Source: Perna viridis (taxonomy: Eukaryota). From it: 64,000 bases of DNA. The notes beneath the pieces are model-generated. The model was given only the letters and a program-made list of their open reading frames with translations, was not told where the DNA came from and did not search any database. Position 1 is the stretch's first letter. Every line of letters starts with the position of its first letter. The stretch covers positions 434,001 through 498,000 of the forward strand of contig CM074513.1 of NCBI GenBank assembly GCA_037379345.1, in the 5' to 3' direction. Shown here one piece after another: positions 51,281 to 64,000 of the stretch. A program made the translations under genes and the position numbers.

Positions 51281-52042
51281 CAATTGTTTCAAATATAATA
51301 AAATTACATTCAGTTGCACGCTACAATCACTTTCCAAAAACAAAATTCAGATTTAATGCTAAACACATTCTACTATTAGAGGAAGATGGTGAACATTTCG
51401 GAGTATGGTTATCTTGGCTTTTATCTGGATTAACGAGAATTTAACGCGCGTATCACACGACACTCAGACGGATTTTATATCAAATTAATTGTATGTTTTC
51501 TATACCCATGATATCAAAGAGATTACATCTTTTTCGTTTACTAAAATCTGAACGTGTTAAACACCACACATTAAAGTCATTAGTTCAGCTCACAAATGCT
51601 ACACGCTTAATTTACACAAAAATATAATCGGCTAAAACGATGCAACAGGATTTTATTTTTTATCTTTTCATTTAAAAGTTGTTGCTTTGTAAAAAAAAAA
51701 AATTCACCTGACCTGGAATGACACCTGTTGATACAACGACGTCCAATTGTCAACTCAAACGACCGTAAAGGTACATTAATTCGTGATGCCTGGGATTAGG
51801 TATTTGTAATTTATTCACGAAGACTGGCATTGCAGCTATTTTAATTCATGATACCTGGTATCATTTTGAATTAACTTATTTCGTGCAATTAATTTAGAAA
51901 TAGTTTGATATCATTTAGTCATGTTTACGATCTTAACGGTCTGTTACAATTAGAATCCACATTACCAGCTGTCTTTCTTGCAGTTTGATCAATTCTTAGT
52001 ATTCTTTGACGTGCATCTCTATTCTTTTCACTACATTAATCC

Positions 52043-52148
52043 ATCCGATGGAGTGAATAGAGTCGTCACATTATGAGACGTTTGTATAATATTGATTTAT
52101 TGTGACAAGTATCCTCTATCCTACATAATAACACCTAGATAAACTGTT
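52043..52148 (+). repeat. Fragment of the tRNA-headed repeat spanning its tail-to-leader junction
   Basis: ATCCGATGGAG..AGAGTCGTCACATT.TGAGACGTTTGT followed by CTACATAATAACACCTAGAT.AACTGT. Confidence 0.75.
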
Positions 52149-52893
52149 CTAACAATAATAATGCAAATATTACCAGTTATTTACATTGTTCTAGAAGTGA
52201 TAAACTTATAATCGAACAACAACTGAAGAGTATCAAAGTGACATGATGTAACATTTCTATTATTTCTGTAAATGTAACTGAAGTTGATTCTTCCATAATA
52301 TATTTTTTTTTGTTTTTGTTTGGCTTTGTTTGGTCGGTATATAAACCGATAAAGTTCCTGTTGATACTGGTACACATGATAATCACACTTGTAAAATGTT
52401 TAAGTACAGTTCAAACATAAATTTGTTTTCAACAATATGTAAAATGATTTTCAAACGAGAAGGCATAGAAATAGACAGCCATGTGTGTATAATTCGAGTA
52501 CCCATTTCTGCCCGTGTGTTACGAATCTGCAGAAAATAGCATTACAGTACTAGTTGCGTTGTTGCGCGATGTAAATTGCGCAGAGTGGAAACGTACATTG
52601 CACCTCACGACTAATGATACCAAACAATCATTGAATAGGTATACGTCACTACCATGTAAATTTCCGGCATTCGATTGGGCCATTTGTGACATATTTCTAT
52701 TTTATTTGATATTTGGACAGTTACATTTATCGCGAGGAACAATGTGTATTTCCAGTTGAAACAAATCACATCACACAACAACGGTCATACGTCGTACTGA
52801 TTTGTTATAGGTTGTAGAATATGGTTTTACACATGCCAGTCGTGTTAAGGGAACGTAAAAAGGTAAAATGATTAGAACAAGAAATATCGATAA

Positions 52894-53697
52894 TTCAGGG
52901 ACAACGACTAGATTAAGGACAACGATCAGACCAAGGACAACGACTAAATCAAGGGCAACGACTAGATCGAGGACAACGACTAGATTCAGGACAACGACCA
53001 GATCGTGGACAACGACTAGACCAAGGTCAACGACTTGATCGAGGGCAACGACTAGATTGAGGGCGACGACTAGATCGAGGGCAAGACTAGATCGAGGGCA
53101 AGGACTAGATCGAGGACAACGACTAGATCGAGGACAACGACCAGATCGAGGACAACGGCTAGATCAAGGTCAACGATTAGACCAAGGACAACAACTAGAT
53201 CGAGGGCGGCGACTAGATCGAGGGCAAGACTAGATCGAGGGCAACGATCAGACCGAGGGCAACGACTAGATCAAAGAAAACGACTAGATCAAAAACATCG
53301 ACAAGGACAACGACTAGATCGTATACAACGATTAAATCGAGGGCTACGAATAGATTGAGGACAACGACTAGATCAAAGTCAACGACTTGATCGAGGGCAA
53401 CGACTAAATCAAGGGTAACGACTAGATCGAAGGCAACGACTAGATCAAGGACAACGACTAAATCAAGGGCGACGACTAGATTAAAGACAACGAATAGATC
53501 GAAGGAAACGATCAGATCAAGGACAATGACTAATTCAAGGGCAACACTTAATTCAAGGGCAACGACTAGATTGAGGGCAACGAATAGATCGAGGACGACG
53601 ACTAAATCAAGGGCAACGACTAGATCGAGTGCAACGACTAGATCAAGGACAAAGACTAGATCAATGGCAACGACTAGATTAAGGACAACGACTAAAT
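52894..53697. repeat. 18-bp minisatellite, about 44 diverged copies
   Basis: Unit CAACGACTAGATC(G/A)AGG(A/G). Confidence 0.95.
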
Positions 53698-54143
53698 AAA
53701 AAATAGACAGAACACAATAAATAATTCAAATTAATTATACACACTGAAATTAATTACAAAGTATAAATGGGCAACTCGCGTTCCATTAGAAGTAAGTACT
53801 ACCTTTAAAAAAAGAAAGCGGACGCATATGCTCGCTGTATAAATATCCGAATCTGATTAAGATTTTATTTGGTGAACTGTGTGATCATTGTACTTTGTTT
53901 CGTATTTCAATTATTTTATTGGTTCAAAAAGTAAACTATTTCCAATTATCTAATATATAAAAGTGATCAAAAATATAGCGGGCACCAATGCCCGCAATGG
54001 CGCTTTCAATTTCACGGTTGCTATCACATTAGTCCGATGAAATACGAAGTTTTAAGCTGCATCGTTTAAGTTGACATAGTTAAGCATCATGGATGTAACT
54101 TGATATCAAAGCGAACGCTAAAGCTATACCGACTGCGTCGGAA

Positions 54144-54335
54144 AATCAAAAACTGAAGTCTTCATAGTCGCTAATCGTCAAATATTCTCTGTCACTGATT
54201 TTGGCTTACTTTCAACATCCGAAATGGCACGAATGCGATATGCTGTAAAATCGAGTAACTTCCACTAAAATCTTTGTTCCCTTGATATGATTGCGAACTT
54301 TTTCGTAACCCTGATGAGCCGAATGTTTTCAATTA
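54144..54335 (+). repeat. Dispersed repeat (partner of 48270-48465)
   Basis: Reverse-complement similarity to 48270-48465. Confidence 0.85.
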
Positions 54336-54389
54336 CCTAGAACCAGTTTAAACAACTGGCAATGGTTATTTATATGTATCGAGGTCCTG

Positions 54390-54810
54390 ATAATATATAT
54401 GACCTATATATATATAAACAAATGTCACGAGCCTCAGTGTTTGAATTAAAAACTGGGTAATATTCCATAAATTAAATGCTAACCGATCATCTCATCTTTA
54501 AATGTAAACTTCCCGTTTAAAAAAAAACGCAGTAGACATGTGTATGATATATTTTTTTAAAGAGGTACGTTGTAGCGATCTTTAAGCCGCTTTTGATATT
54601 GACCAGGGAACCAGATTAGGATACAGATTATATAACTGGCTATAAATATTCGTAGATATCGGAGCTGTGCTAATGTATATGACCTATATAGTCTTGTAAC
54701 GAGGCCCTGTGGCTGAAACCGAAACTTGGAAATGCTCAATGCTAACCGATCATTTGATGTAGACTTCCCTTTTTCATAGAATACACGTGTATGATATTTA
54801 AGAGGTACAT
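54390..54810. repeat. Old local duplication with copies about 280 bp apart
   Basis: TAAT.TATATGACCTATATA, ATGCTAACCGATCAT, ACTTCCC, TGTGTATGATAT and AAGAGGTAC recur in the same order. Confidence 0.7.
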
Positions 54811-56559
54811 TTTCATCTTGTTTGAAGCTAGAACTATGAAGTTATGGAAGTGAACACGGCACGGATCTGCAGCATTACGATAAGCATAAATATATAATTA
54901 TGCAAATCATATGCGAATATAAAGTACTGAAATTACGAGTCAAAGAAGTAGTTAACAATATTAGCGACATAAAAACTGGGAGTTTGGACCGCATTCAACC
55001 GCACTTAATATGTCCTCTTCTTTCCAAGAAACACCCTCTGGGAACGATGCTAGAGTGATGGTAATATGGACGAAAACAGATTAATAAAAATTCATACGGG
55101 AAATAAATATTGACCGAATTTTGTTATAAAATCTTATCGCACATTTATTATATCTTTAGCTTATTACAATTGGCATATCACATTGATATAAAAGTGAAAT
55201 GAAAACAACACTATTCTCCACTAATAAAAAAGAACCTAGCTAAATTAAACTTATCAGTGGCAATAATAATATATTTAGGCATATCGCTTTTGTATTCATT
55301 CTTCAAGATGATAAGAAACAGCGATGCTTCAATAGATAAGAACATAAGCGATAAATTATGTAACGTCTCCCAATAAGTGTTCGTTTAAGACCGTAATTTA
55401 CATCACGATAATGGGTTGATATTGAAATCAAAGCGATATCATCAAGATGTTTGGCAAAAAGATTTTCTGAACGTTCTGTATCATTAGCTCAGTTTTAACG
55501 GAAAATTGAAATCAAAACACCCTGAAGAGTTCCGATAGATTCTGAAACTAAAATAAATTTAACTAATCGTCCATTTGCTATCTTCATCTTGATTTGAGCG
55601 ATGTGAGCGATTTCTACAGATTTGTTATAAAAATCCCGCTGATTTTAATTTTCTTTCAATCTCTTGGAAACATTGCGTAACGTTTTTGTTACCAGTTTTT
55701 CATGGCATAAAATTCCAAAGCCACACAATAAATTATTTCAAAAAAGTTAATATACAATGACACTTCTGAGTTTAAGCCTGCACTTCCGGAAAGTCACAGA
55801 CCTAAATGTTTTAAGTAGGTAATTCTTAGTAATAAACTTTTAATTTAGAAACATTTTTTGTAAATAGAAGTTCCGCTACTGATATCATTTCTAATTATGA
55901 ATAATACATGTTAACAAGTTATGACATTAGATAACGGTAACCGTTTTTTTACCATGGACTACGTTAAACACCATAGTCTTTATTAGTTCTGTATATGGTT
56001 ATTTGAGCGAGGCAAGTGCTACAAGAACATAATGATTATATTCGGGATTTATTTTGATTAAATCGTCTTTTTTACTACTTGTCACATATTCTGATTCTAT
56101 TGTAACGTATTTTCAGTTGTTAATATATTTAGTAAAATGTATCCTGCTACTTAGCCTATACATTCCATCGAATCACAATCTTTGAAGATTAAAACAATAC
56201 GAGAAAAGCATTCCTTTAATGCCTGGAAAGAATTTTCCTCTAAAACTAGAGTCAAATTATAGACAAGATATTTCATAAGACTACTTAGCACAATAATAAT
56301 AATTGTTCATACAAATGTAGGTGATGTAACTTTACTCTATTGACAAAAACATTTCCAGTAGCAACATATATAACAAATCTTACCTCTTTATCTTACTTGC
56401 CAGCCTGTGAGACTGGCATTCAAAATTTATAGACTGAAAAATAAATCAGTGAATTGTAATTACATGTACAAGAGTGAATTATAGAGATTTTAATAATTCT
56501 TAGCCTATCATCAACGATCAAAAGTTAAGAATATAAAAACGAAAAAAGAGACATTAAAA

Positions 56560-57767
56560 ATAGAGTAATCAAGGAACCAAGATTCTACCAGAAATCTAAC
56601 GAATGTAATCCAGGGACACACACCGGATACGGAAGAATAATCAAGGTAACCAAGGTTATAGCGGGAATCAAAAGAATGTAATCCAGGGACAAAGACAAGA
56701 CATGAAAAACAGGCATTCACAAAAAAGAGTAATCAAGGGAACCAAGGTTATAGTGGTAATCAAAAGAATGCAATCCATGGACAAAGACCAGACATGGAAA
56801 ACAGACATATACAACAAAGAACATAAAGTAACTAAAATCATACATACAAAGTAACAAAAGCAAATGAGCAACTCGGACTCCACTAAAAACTGGGAGCATG
56901 GACCAGGTGCACCGGTAGGGTAAGCGCCTTTGCTTTTCTAGAAACACCCGCCGAGTTGCTCATAAAAAATCAAGTCCGGGGTAGACGAACGAGGAAAGAA
57001 AAACAATGACCCGTTGAATAAATCAGTTTTCATGGTGCAGATGGATACACCATAACGATCCACGAGTTCATGATGACGACCATAAAACGTCTGTAGTGAT
57101 GACATCAATCTTGTAGCAACATAACCCTGTTCCAGAAGCCTATTTATTAGAGTTCTAGCGCGATACAAAAAGTCTGCGTAGTTTCGGCAAGCTTTGGCAT
57201 AACGTTTGAGTTGTGATATGAACACTCCATACGCAGGTGCTGAAGGGATGTTGCCACAGATGAAAGGAAAGTTGACAATTTTAAATGAAAAGTCAGCACG
57301 TTTGTGGTAAAGTTTGGTCAAAAGTTTTCCTTTACCATCGATTTCTAAGTGTAGGTGAAGATATGAGACTGACTTCACAGTGTCTGTAGTATCCTTTATT
57401 TTTCTTTTGGGTAGCTGCAAAATCCGAAATTAGGATTGTTTAAAGATTATACGTCATCTTTATAGCGGAAACTGAGATTAAAGGATCTAGCCAAACGATA
57501 TTTTTCTTTCGGATCAGATCAGCTATAAAGTCAGCCTAGTAAGAGTTAAGGAATAGGTCAGCAGGTAAAGGAGCACAATTTGTTCCCATTGAAATGCCGA
57601 CCGTTTGTTGAAAAACACGTCCACCACACTGAACAAATATGTTGTCGATTAAAAATTCCAGCATTTTGTAAACATCTTCCTCTGTATATTTGGAAGATGA
57701 TTTGGAATTATTTCTTAAAAAGTATGAAGAATCTCTACCAAGAACTATATATTTGTATCTAGGTGTA
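56560..57767 (-). mobile_element. Penelope-like element, 5'-truncated RT with reiterated 3' end
   Basis: TPRYKYIVLGRD..LEFLIDNIFVQCGGRVFQQTVGISMGTNCAPL.ADLFL..FRYKDDV; ORF 56938..57420. The RT ends without a C-terminal GIY-YIG, as in Naiad/Chlamys-type PLEs. Confidence 0.92.
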
Positions 57768-58196
57768 TTTGTATCATGAAATAACAAAAATAATATATAC
57801 AAAGTTACAAAAAGTAAATGAGCAACTTGGACTCCACAAAAAAAACTGGGAGCATGGACCAGGTGCACTGGCAGAGTAAGCGTCCTCTGCTTTTCTAGAA
57901 ATATCCATCGAGTTGCTCGAAAAAAGAAAAGTACGGGGCAGGTGAAAGAGGAAAGGAAAAGTGATATTAAATGATCTTTCTAACTGAACTTTTCATGTGG
58001 ATCAGATCAGCTAATGTAATGCCGACTGTTTGTTGAAAAACGCGTCCATCACACTGGACAAATATGTTGTCGATAAAAAAAATGACCATTTTGAAAACAT
58101 CTTCTGTATATTTGGAAGATAATTTGGATTTAGTTTTTACAAAGTATGAGGAATCTCTAACAAGAAATATATATTTGTATCTAGGTGTACCGTCAT
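57768..58196 (-). mobile_element. Second, internally deleted Penelope-like copy, head-to-tail with the previous one
   Basis: DGTPRYKYIFLVRDSSYFVK..FIDNIFVQCDGRVFQQTVGI, then a jump to the 3' UTR (57770-57960). Confidence 0.85.
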
Positions 58197-61100
58197 TTTG
58201 TTTGCGAAACAACGATGTATGTTTTCGAGTCGGGATTTGAACTGAGTATGGGAAATAGATGTACAAGTATAAAGATTTGAAAAATCATAGGTTTTTATGC
58301 TATTGTATTCTGATAATAATCTTGAATTGAGATTACATTTAAACTAAAAGAAATCAGAAAATTAAATCTATGCTCCACTGCACCGTAAACATTTTTTATG
58401 GGTAGGGTAAGCTTGCAGTTTTGTTGTCTTATTGTGTATCAGTCAAGAACAAAAACACAACTCAGAAAATAAAGGAGAGAGGAAATTTATTAACAATGAC
58501 AATTAACGGGTCACAAATTTCGTACTGGTCGCTTCTTTTCAAGCATTATGATACAATTTTATGTCATGATTAGTGATAGACAGATTTTTTGTTCATGTAC
58601 AATTGGATATATCTAAGTTACATATGACTTGCCAATAATATTAGAAGGAAGAAGATTCATGCATTCAGTAACGTTTCAATGTCTCTTTTCATTCTAATTT
58701 TAAATAACAATTTAACAACTAAAATATGTAAAGCAAAATTTTAAATCGCCCCAATCACTGATACAGAAATACAAAGCAATCATGATGAAATTCCAGTTAT
58801 TTTAGAGATAGAATTTAATTTGCAGACATAAAACACATAACCTTTAGTGTCGCTCAATGTTATTGACATCACGCAAATTGTTTGGAAGCGATTTTACAGC
58901 TATCGATGTGGCAAAAAACCAAGGCAAATGCTCAAAGCCGCTGAAAGTTTCAGAACAACTCACGCTGTTAGATGCATTACGAAAACTTTGAAGTCAGTAA
59001 TTTAATGCTAGAAGCCATTGGATCAAGCAGCTCATTGGCAACGTTACCTTTACGTTAACTTCATTATTTCACTGATATATCTGCATTCTGACAGGTATAC
59101 AGTTGCTAGTATTGAACTAAAGTCGTGTTCGTGAACTGATATTTTTTTATTCACAGTTATAAACGGTACACTAACTTCAATCGAAATGATAGCAGAACTA
59201 TACTTAATGCCAAAATTACATCATCTTAATTAAATGATGCAATCGTAGCATTTTATGAACAAGACGAACAATAATCATTTAGAGTATTTTTGCTTGAATA
59301 AAAGACACCTGTTCAATGTAAATGGGCATCTAAAAGTAAACTTCAAAATGCATTTGTTCAATATGTTTTCAATGATATTCTTCAACCTTGCAAAAGTCAG
59401 AAAAATGAATAGCATTTCAGCATCCTAACTGATATCACAAAGAATGCCAAATGCCATGGCTTTGATGGTATAATTTAATACTTGAGTTGCCCTTGTTGTC
59501 AGCAATAAGTATAAACTAGGATAATGTGGGAGGCGTGTTTCGACACTATAAGTTAAATTTGCACTTAGAGACACTATATTTCGGCTAATTAATTATCTCC
59601 AGGGGTAAATATCTGTCTTATGTAACCAATTAAGCTCCGTAAACCTTACGTGAGGAGTTTTGATATATAATTATCGCTATTGATGATGGATGATATGAAT
59701 GATAATTAGATATAGCGAAAATATGAAGATAAAGTTAAACTCCCCTCACTCAAACGTTACATGAGGAAGATTTATAAGATGTGAATTCGATGCTTTTCTT
59801 AAATGAAATTGAAACTTTTCAACCAACTGAAAAAAAAACAATAAAAGAATGTCACTTTTACAGTATGGTAATGCATCATAATATATTTAGTAATATTTCT
59901 TTTAAATGTAAAACTATAACAGTCCTTTGCTATCGTTTTGTATATTTGTAGTTAATAATGTTATGGCTTATAATGGATCTGTTTGATGAACTTGCTCTTA
60001 AAGACGAATGTCAGAAATAAAATTAATGTAAAGCATAAAGAAGTTAATGGAAATACGCAGTAAAAAAGAGGAAGTTTATCAACTGATCAGGTCGTCTCCA
60101 GCATAGAACAAAAGGACAACAAGAGCGAAAAAATAAATTACACAATGATAAAGATGTGAAGACATGCTTATCAAACAGTTTATAACCGAGAATTATGTAT
60201 TAAAATGTTTTATTTTAAAATATATTTCACGAGTTATAACTGGCTGTCCGTCGTATATTCTAGTTCATTTTGTACAAATCAAACATAAAAGTCTTCAAAC
60301 ACTCCTTCTATATATCAACTCAAGTAATGCCATGTAAGTATTATTTGATTTCTATTGTGTGATGGCAAAATTAAAATTAAAACAATACTCTTCAACCATT
60401 TTAATGTTTTCCCAGATAGATTTGTAAACATTACAAAAGGGACCACCCACTATCGGTCGAAATTTTGGCATCAAGAATAGAGTTCATAGCAAACAATTAT
60501 ATGGAATTTAAACATTTATTGCATTAACTATTACAAAGTCTTCACGATGCAAGACTTAAAAAAATACGGGAATTGGTTATAATACACGGATATTGTACTA
60601 CATGAACTGTGCGAAGTATTGTATTACTGGGCGAGGCCCTGCATGAATTCTTATTTTACGAAGTTTATTTAATCAAAAAAACTGCCTAAATGTATACATA
60701 TTGTATTTGAGAGATTTTTGATTTGGTTGCACTACAGTATGTTTTTAAAAGTTGTAGACAGGAACTTGTTCTTTTTTGGCTTTATTACTTTCTATATACC
60801 ACATAATGATAAATATCATTATATAAAAATCGTGAACAACGGAGACATGACATCCATGAGTATGATAACTTCTGTAAAATATGGTGAATGTGGCATCTTT
60901 ATTTTACGCATAATGATAGATATATTATATAGAAAAAAATCGTCAACAAATAAGGCATGCCATCTATGAGTATGATAATTTCTGAACATTTGGTAAATTC
61001 GAGGTCCATATTGTAAAGGTCGTTATGACTGGTTCTTTTCTTGACATGTTGAAATTACCTACACTTATGTGGAACAACGTTGATGCTTAACTCTTGCAAT

Positions 61101-63306
61101 GGAGTAGAAAGATGGACACATGGAATGAACTTGTCAAAGACAACAAACCACTGAACCAGTTGTTAAAATAAGTTACCGTCTATTGGCCTTTGAAATGTTT
61201 GAAAATATCACACACACGGGGTTTGCCTTCTACTAGTAGTAGAAAAGGATAAATTTACCGGTACATCGAAACTGGCATTAAACTATACTATAAACATGCA
61301 AACAAAATTCAAAACCACATAAAATTAACAAGGATTAGAGGGTTTTTTTATTCCTTGTTCGCCTGGTTTTTTATCTTCTCATTCTCTCCAATTACTCTTT
61401 GATACACAAATGTACTTCGATTTTATACTAACGATAATGTACCGATAATTATTATTGCCAAATTGTTTTTATCAAAAAGTATATTTTCATACAGCAATAT
61501 TTAAGTTTAAATTGATTTTCAAAATGAACAGCGAAATGTTAAAAAATCAAATAAGGCAGAAGTTGGTGTTGGGAATGACAATATAATCTCAAATGTTCAT
61601 GTTCCCAGTCCATTAATAAAACCTTGCACCGATTAAAACATTTTTAAGACAACCAAATTTAGTATAAATTGCATTCATGTATTATTCAACATTTGCATAT
61701 AAAACATCCCTAATCTAATCATGAATCCCGTTTGAATATACTCAGGATGAAACAAAAGTGGGACAATGTCATGACTTAGACGAAGGTTAAATGTGATGAT
61801 TTTTTCCTCAGACGACTCCTCATTAACTACGTATAATTCCGCTAGTATACTCTGATTTTAATCGTTACAAATTAGCGAGTGGTGAGTATTCAAGAGGCGA
61901 AAGCCTCGAATTTTGGAATATAGTGCTGCACAACTTTATGACGCTGTATTTAAAGCAAAACACACCAAATGGAATGCACAAGAAACCAGAATAAATAATG
62001 TATTTCTCTTTTATGCGAAATAGAATATAAGGAAAACATAATTACAGCATTGATGAAAAAATCCAAGAACAAACAATGAAACTGTGACAATCTAATGAGA
62101 TATATACAACTTTCATCTATTCTCGTTATATTTGATGTTTACATTCCACAAAAAAAACAAGATTTAAACCAAGTCTTACGGACTCCAATTGCTACATTAT
62201 AATGCAAAAATCATTTTCTAAGCTCTCAAATGTTCAAATAATACAGGGGGTTAACAATAAAAAATTAAATTAAATGCCAGTTTGAAGTGATGAAAGTTGA
62301 ATTAAGAGCAATCAAATTGGACAAATAATATAAATCAACCAGTAGACAAAGTTGCAATACATGTTAAGGATTAACAGATTTTGTCCTGAAGTAAAACTTC
62401 TTCATAGGATTATCATACATGTAACAATACTTTTGGTTCAAAGAGGTTTCATGTCGATCAGAATAGCTCTTATTTAGATGTAAATACGCTAAAAGTCGGA
62501 AGGAACTATTTGATTTGTGATTTAGTTAATAAATAAAAAAGTGTATGATTTATCAAGTTTTGTTTCTGTATTGTTTACGAACTCAATAACTTATGATCAC
62601 AAACTGACATTCAATTTGTTTTTTGAAAGTTATTACGTCATTATTCTACCGTAAAATTTTTGTTGAAGTGCGAAATGCTAAAATCATGTAGAACAACAGC
62701 TTATGACAATAAACTATTCCTTATACACAGTAAAAATGTTATGTGATGTGATGTCGAGTTTTTTTTTTATGGAGGGGTCTTGTTTAATTTTCATTGTCTA
62801 TTCGTTTAACAAAATTAATAGAATTCTTTAAGGACTCCAAAAACAATTTTAAATTTTTAAAATACATTTTAATGTACATATTATGCATTAAACTGTTTTA
62901 GTCTTTTTAATCAAATTTCGTTACACTTTGACCATCCTAATCTATAAAAAAAATCACATTGATCCGTTTAGAACACGGAATCATGACTTTCATTTCCAGC
63001 ACAATGAAAGTTTTATATAAATTTATGACCCTAAATCATCATGCAATCATTATGCAATGAACAGAAACGTTATACTTCACTGATAGTAAGGACATAAATT
63101 CATGTATATGAATTTTCTAATTTATAACGATACCTTGTATAATATTAACCGTCACACGTTTTGCAAAGAAATAAACGGAAAGTCAGACCTCGAATACCGT
63201 TAGTTATTGTCCTGCTTACTATTGCTATTTACTAAACATTTTTTAAAGCCGCTTATTTTTTTTTTTTTTTTTTTTTTTTTTTGTGACATGAAGAAAAATT
63301 CCCCTT

Positions 63307-64000
63307 AAGGTTATAGCGGTGATCAGACGAATGTGATCAATTACAAAGACCAGACATGGAAAACAGACATACACAACAAAGAACATAAAGTAACTAAAAT
63401 CATACATACAAAGTAACAAAAGCAAATGAGCAACTCGGACTCCACTAAAAACTGGGAGCATGGACCAGGTGCACCGGTAAGGTAAGCGTCCTCTGCTTTT
63501 CTAGAAACACCCGCCGAGTTGCTCATAAAAAGTCAAATCCGGGGTAGACGAACAAGGAAAGGAAAACAATGACCCGTTGAATAAATCAGTTTTCATGGTG
63601 CAGATGGATACACCATAACGATCCACGAGTTCATGATGACGACCATAAAACTTCTGTAGTGATGACATCAATCTTGTAGCAACATAACCCTGCTTCAGAA
63701 GCCTATTTATTGGAGTTCTAGCGCGATACAAAAAGTCTGCATAGTTTCGGCAAACTCTGGCATAACGTATGAGTTGTGATATGAACACTCCATACGCAGG
63801 TGCTGAAGGGATGTTGCCACAGATGAAAGGAAAGTTGACAATTTTGAATGAAAAGTCGTCACGTTTGTCATAAAGTTTGGTCAATAGTTTTCCTTTACCA
63901 TCGATTTCTAAGTGTAGGTGAAGATATGAGGCTGACTTCACAGTGTCTGTAGTATCCTTTATCTCAATTTCTTTTGGATAGATACGATGTATCAAATCCC
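63307..64000 (-). mobile_element. Penelope-like element running off the window edge
   Basis: ORF 63501..63995 (IYPKEIEIKDTTDTVKSASYLHLHLEI..LYDKRDDFSFKIVNFPFICGNIPSAPAYGVFISQLIRYAR) plus 3' UTR; very similar to the 56.9-57.4 kb copy. Confidence 0.92.

Noticed and set aside
54311-54330. Hammerhead ribozyme core CTGATGA
   Set aside because: No stem II plus GAAA follows, and the homologous copy at 48.3 kb lacks the motif.

Overview
AT-rich eukaryotic genomic DNA, most likely a bivalve mollusc (oyster-like; inferred from repeat types and the TACATGTA excess, not proven). One protein-coding gene can be assembled by hand on the + strand from 7 coding exons (ATG 23654 to TAA 42070, 900 nt, 299 aa). 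It encodes a signal peptide, two Ig domains and a GPI-type tail, resembling the Dpr/ZIG-8 (Wirin) adhesion proteins, and includes two frame-preserving micro-exons. The rest is intronic or intergenic and holds several Penelope-like RT fragments, a CR1/L2 LINE relic, SINE-like elements, a TA-flanked TIR element, a Helentron-like non-autonomous element and many minisatellites. The most unusual observations are: (1) two tandem arrays seeded by the 3' end and splice donor of an exon; (2) a 46-bp satellite growing out of a transposon TIR; (3) a large excess of TACATGTA, which matches the Tc1-type excision footprint; (4) a ~100-nt multi-stem structure in the Penelope 3' UTR; (5) a circularly permuted tRNA-headed repeat. 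Most ORFs in the supplied track are spurious. All counts and identities were read by eye.
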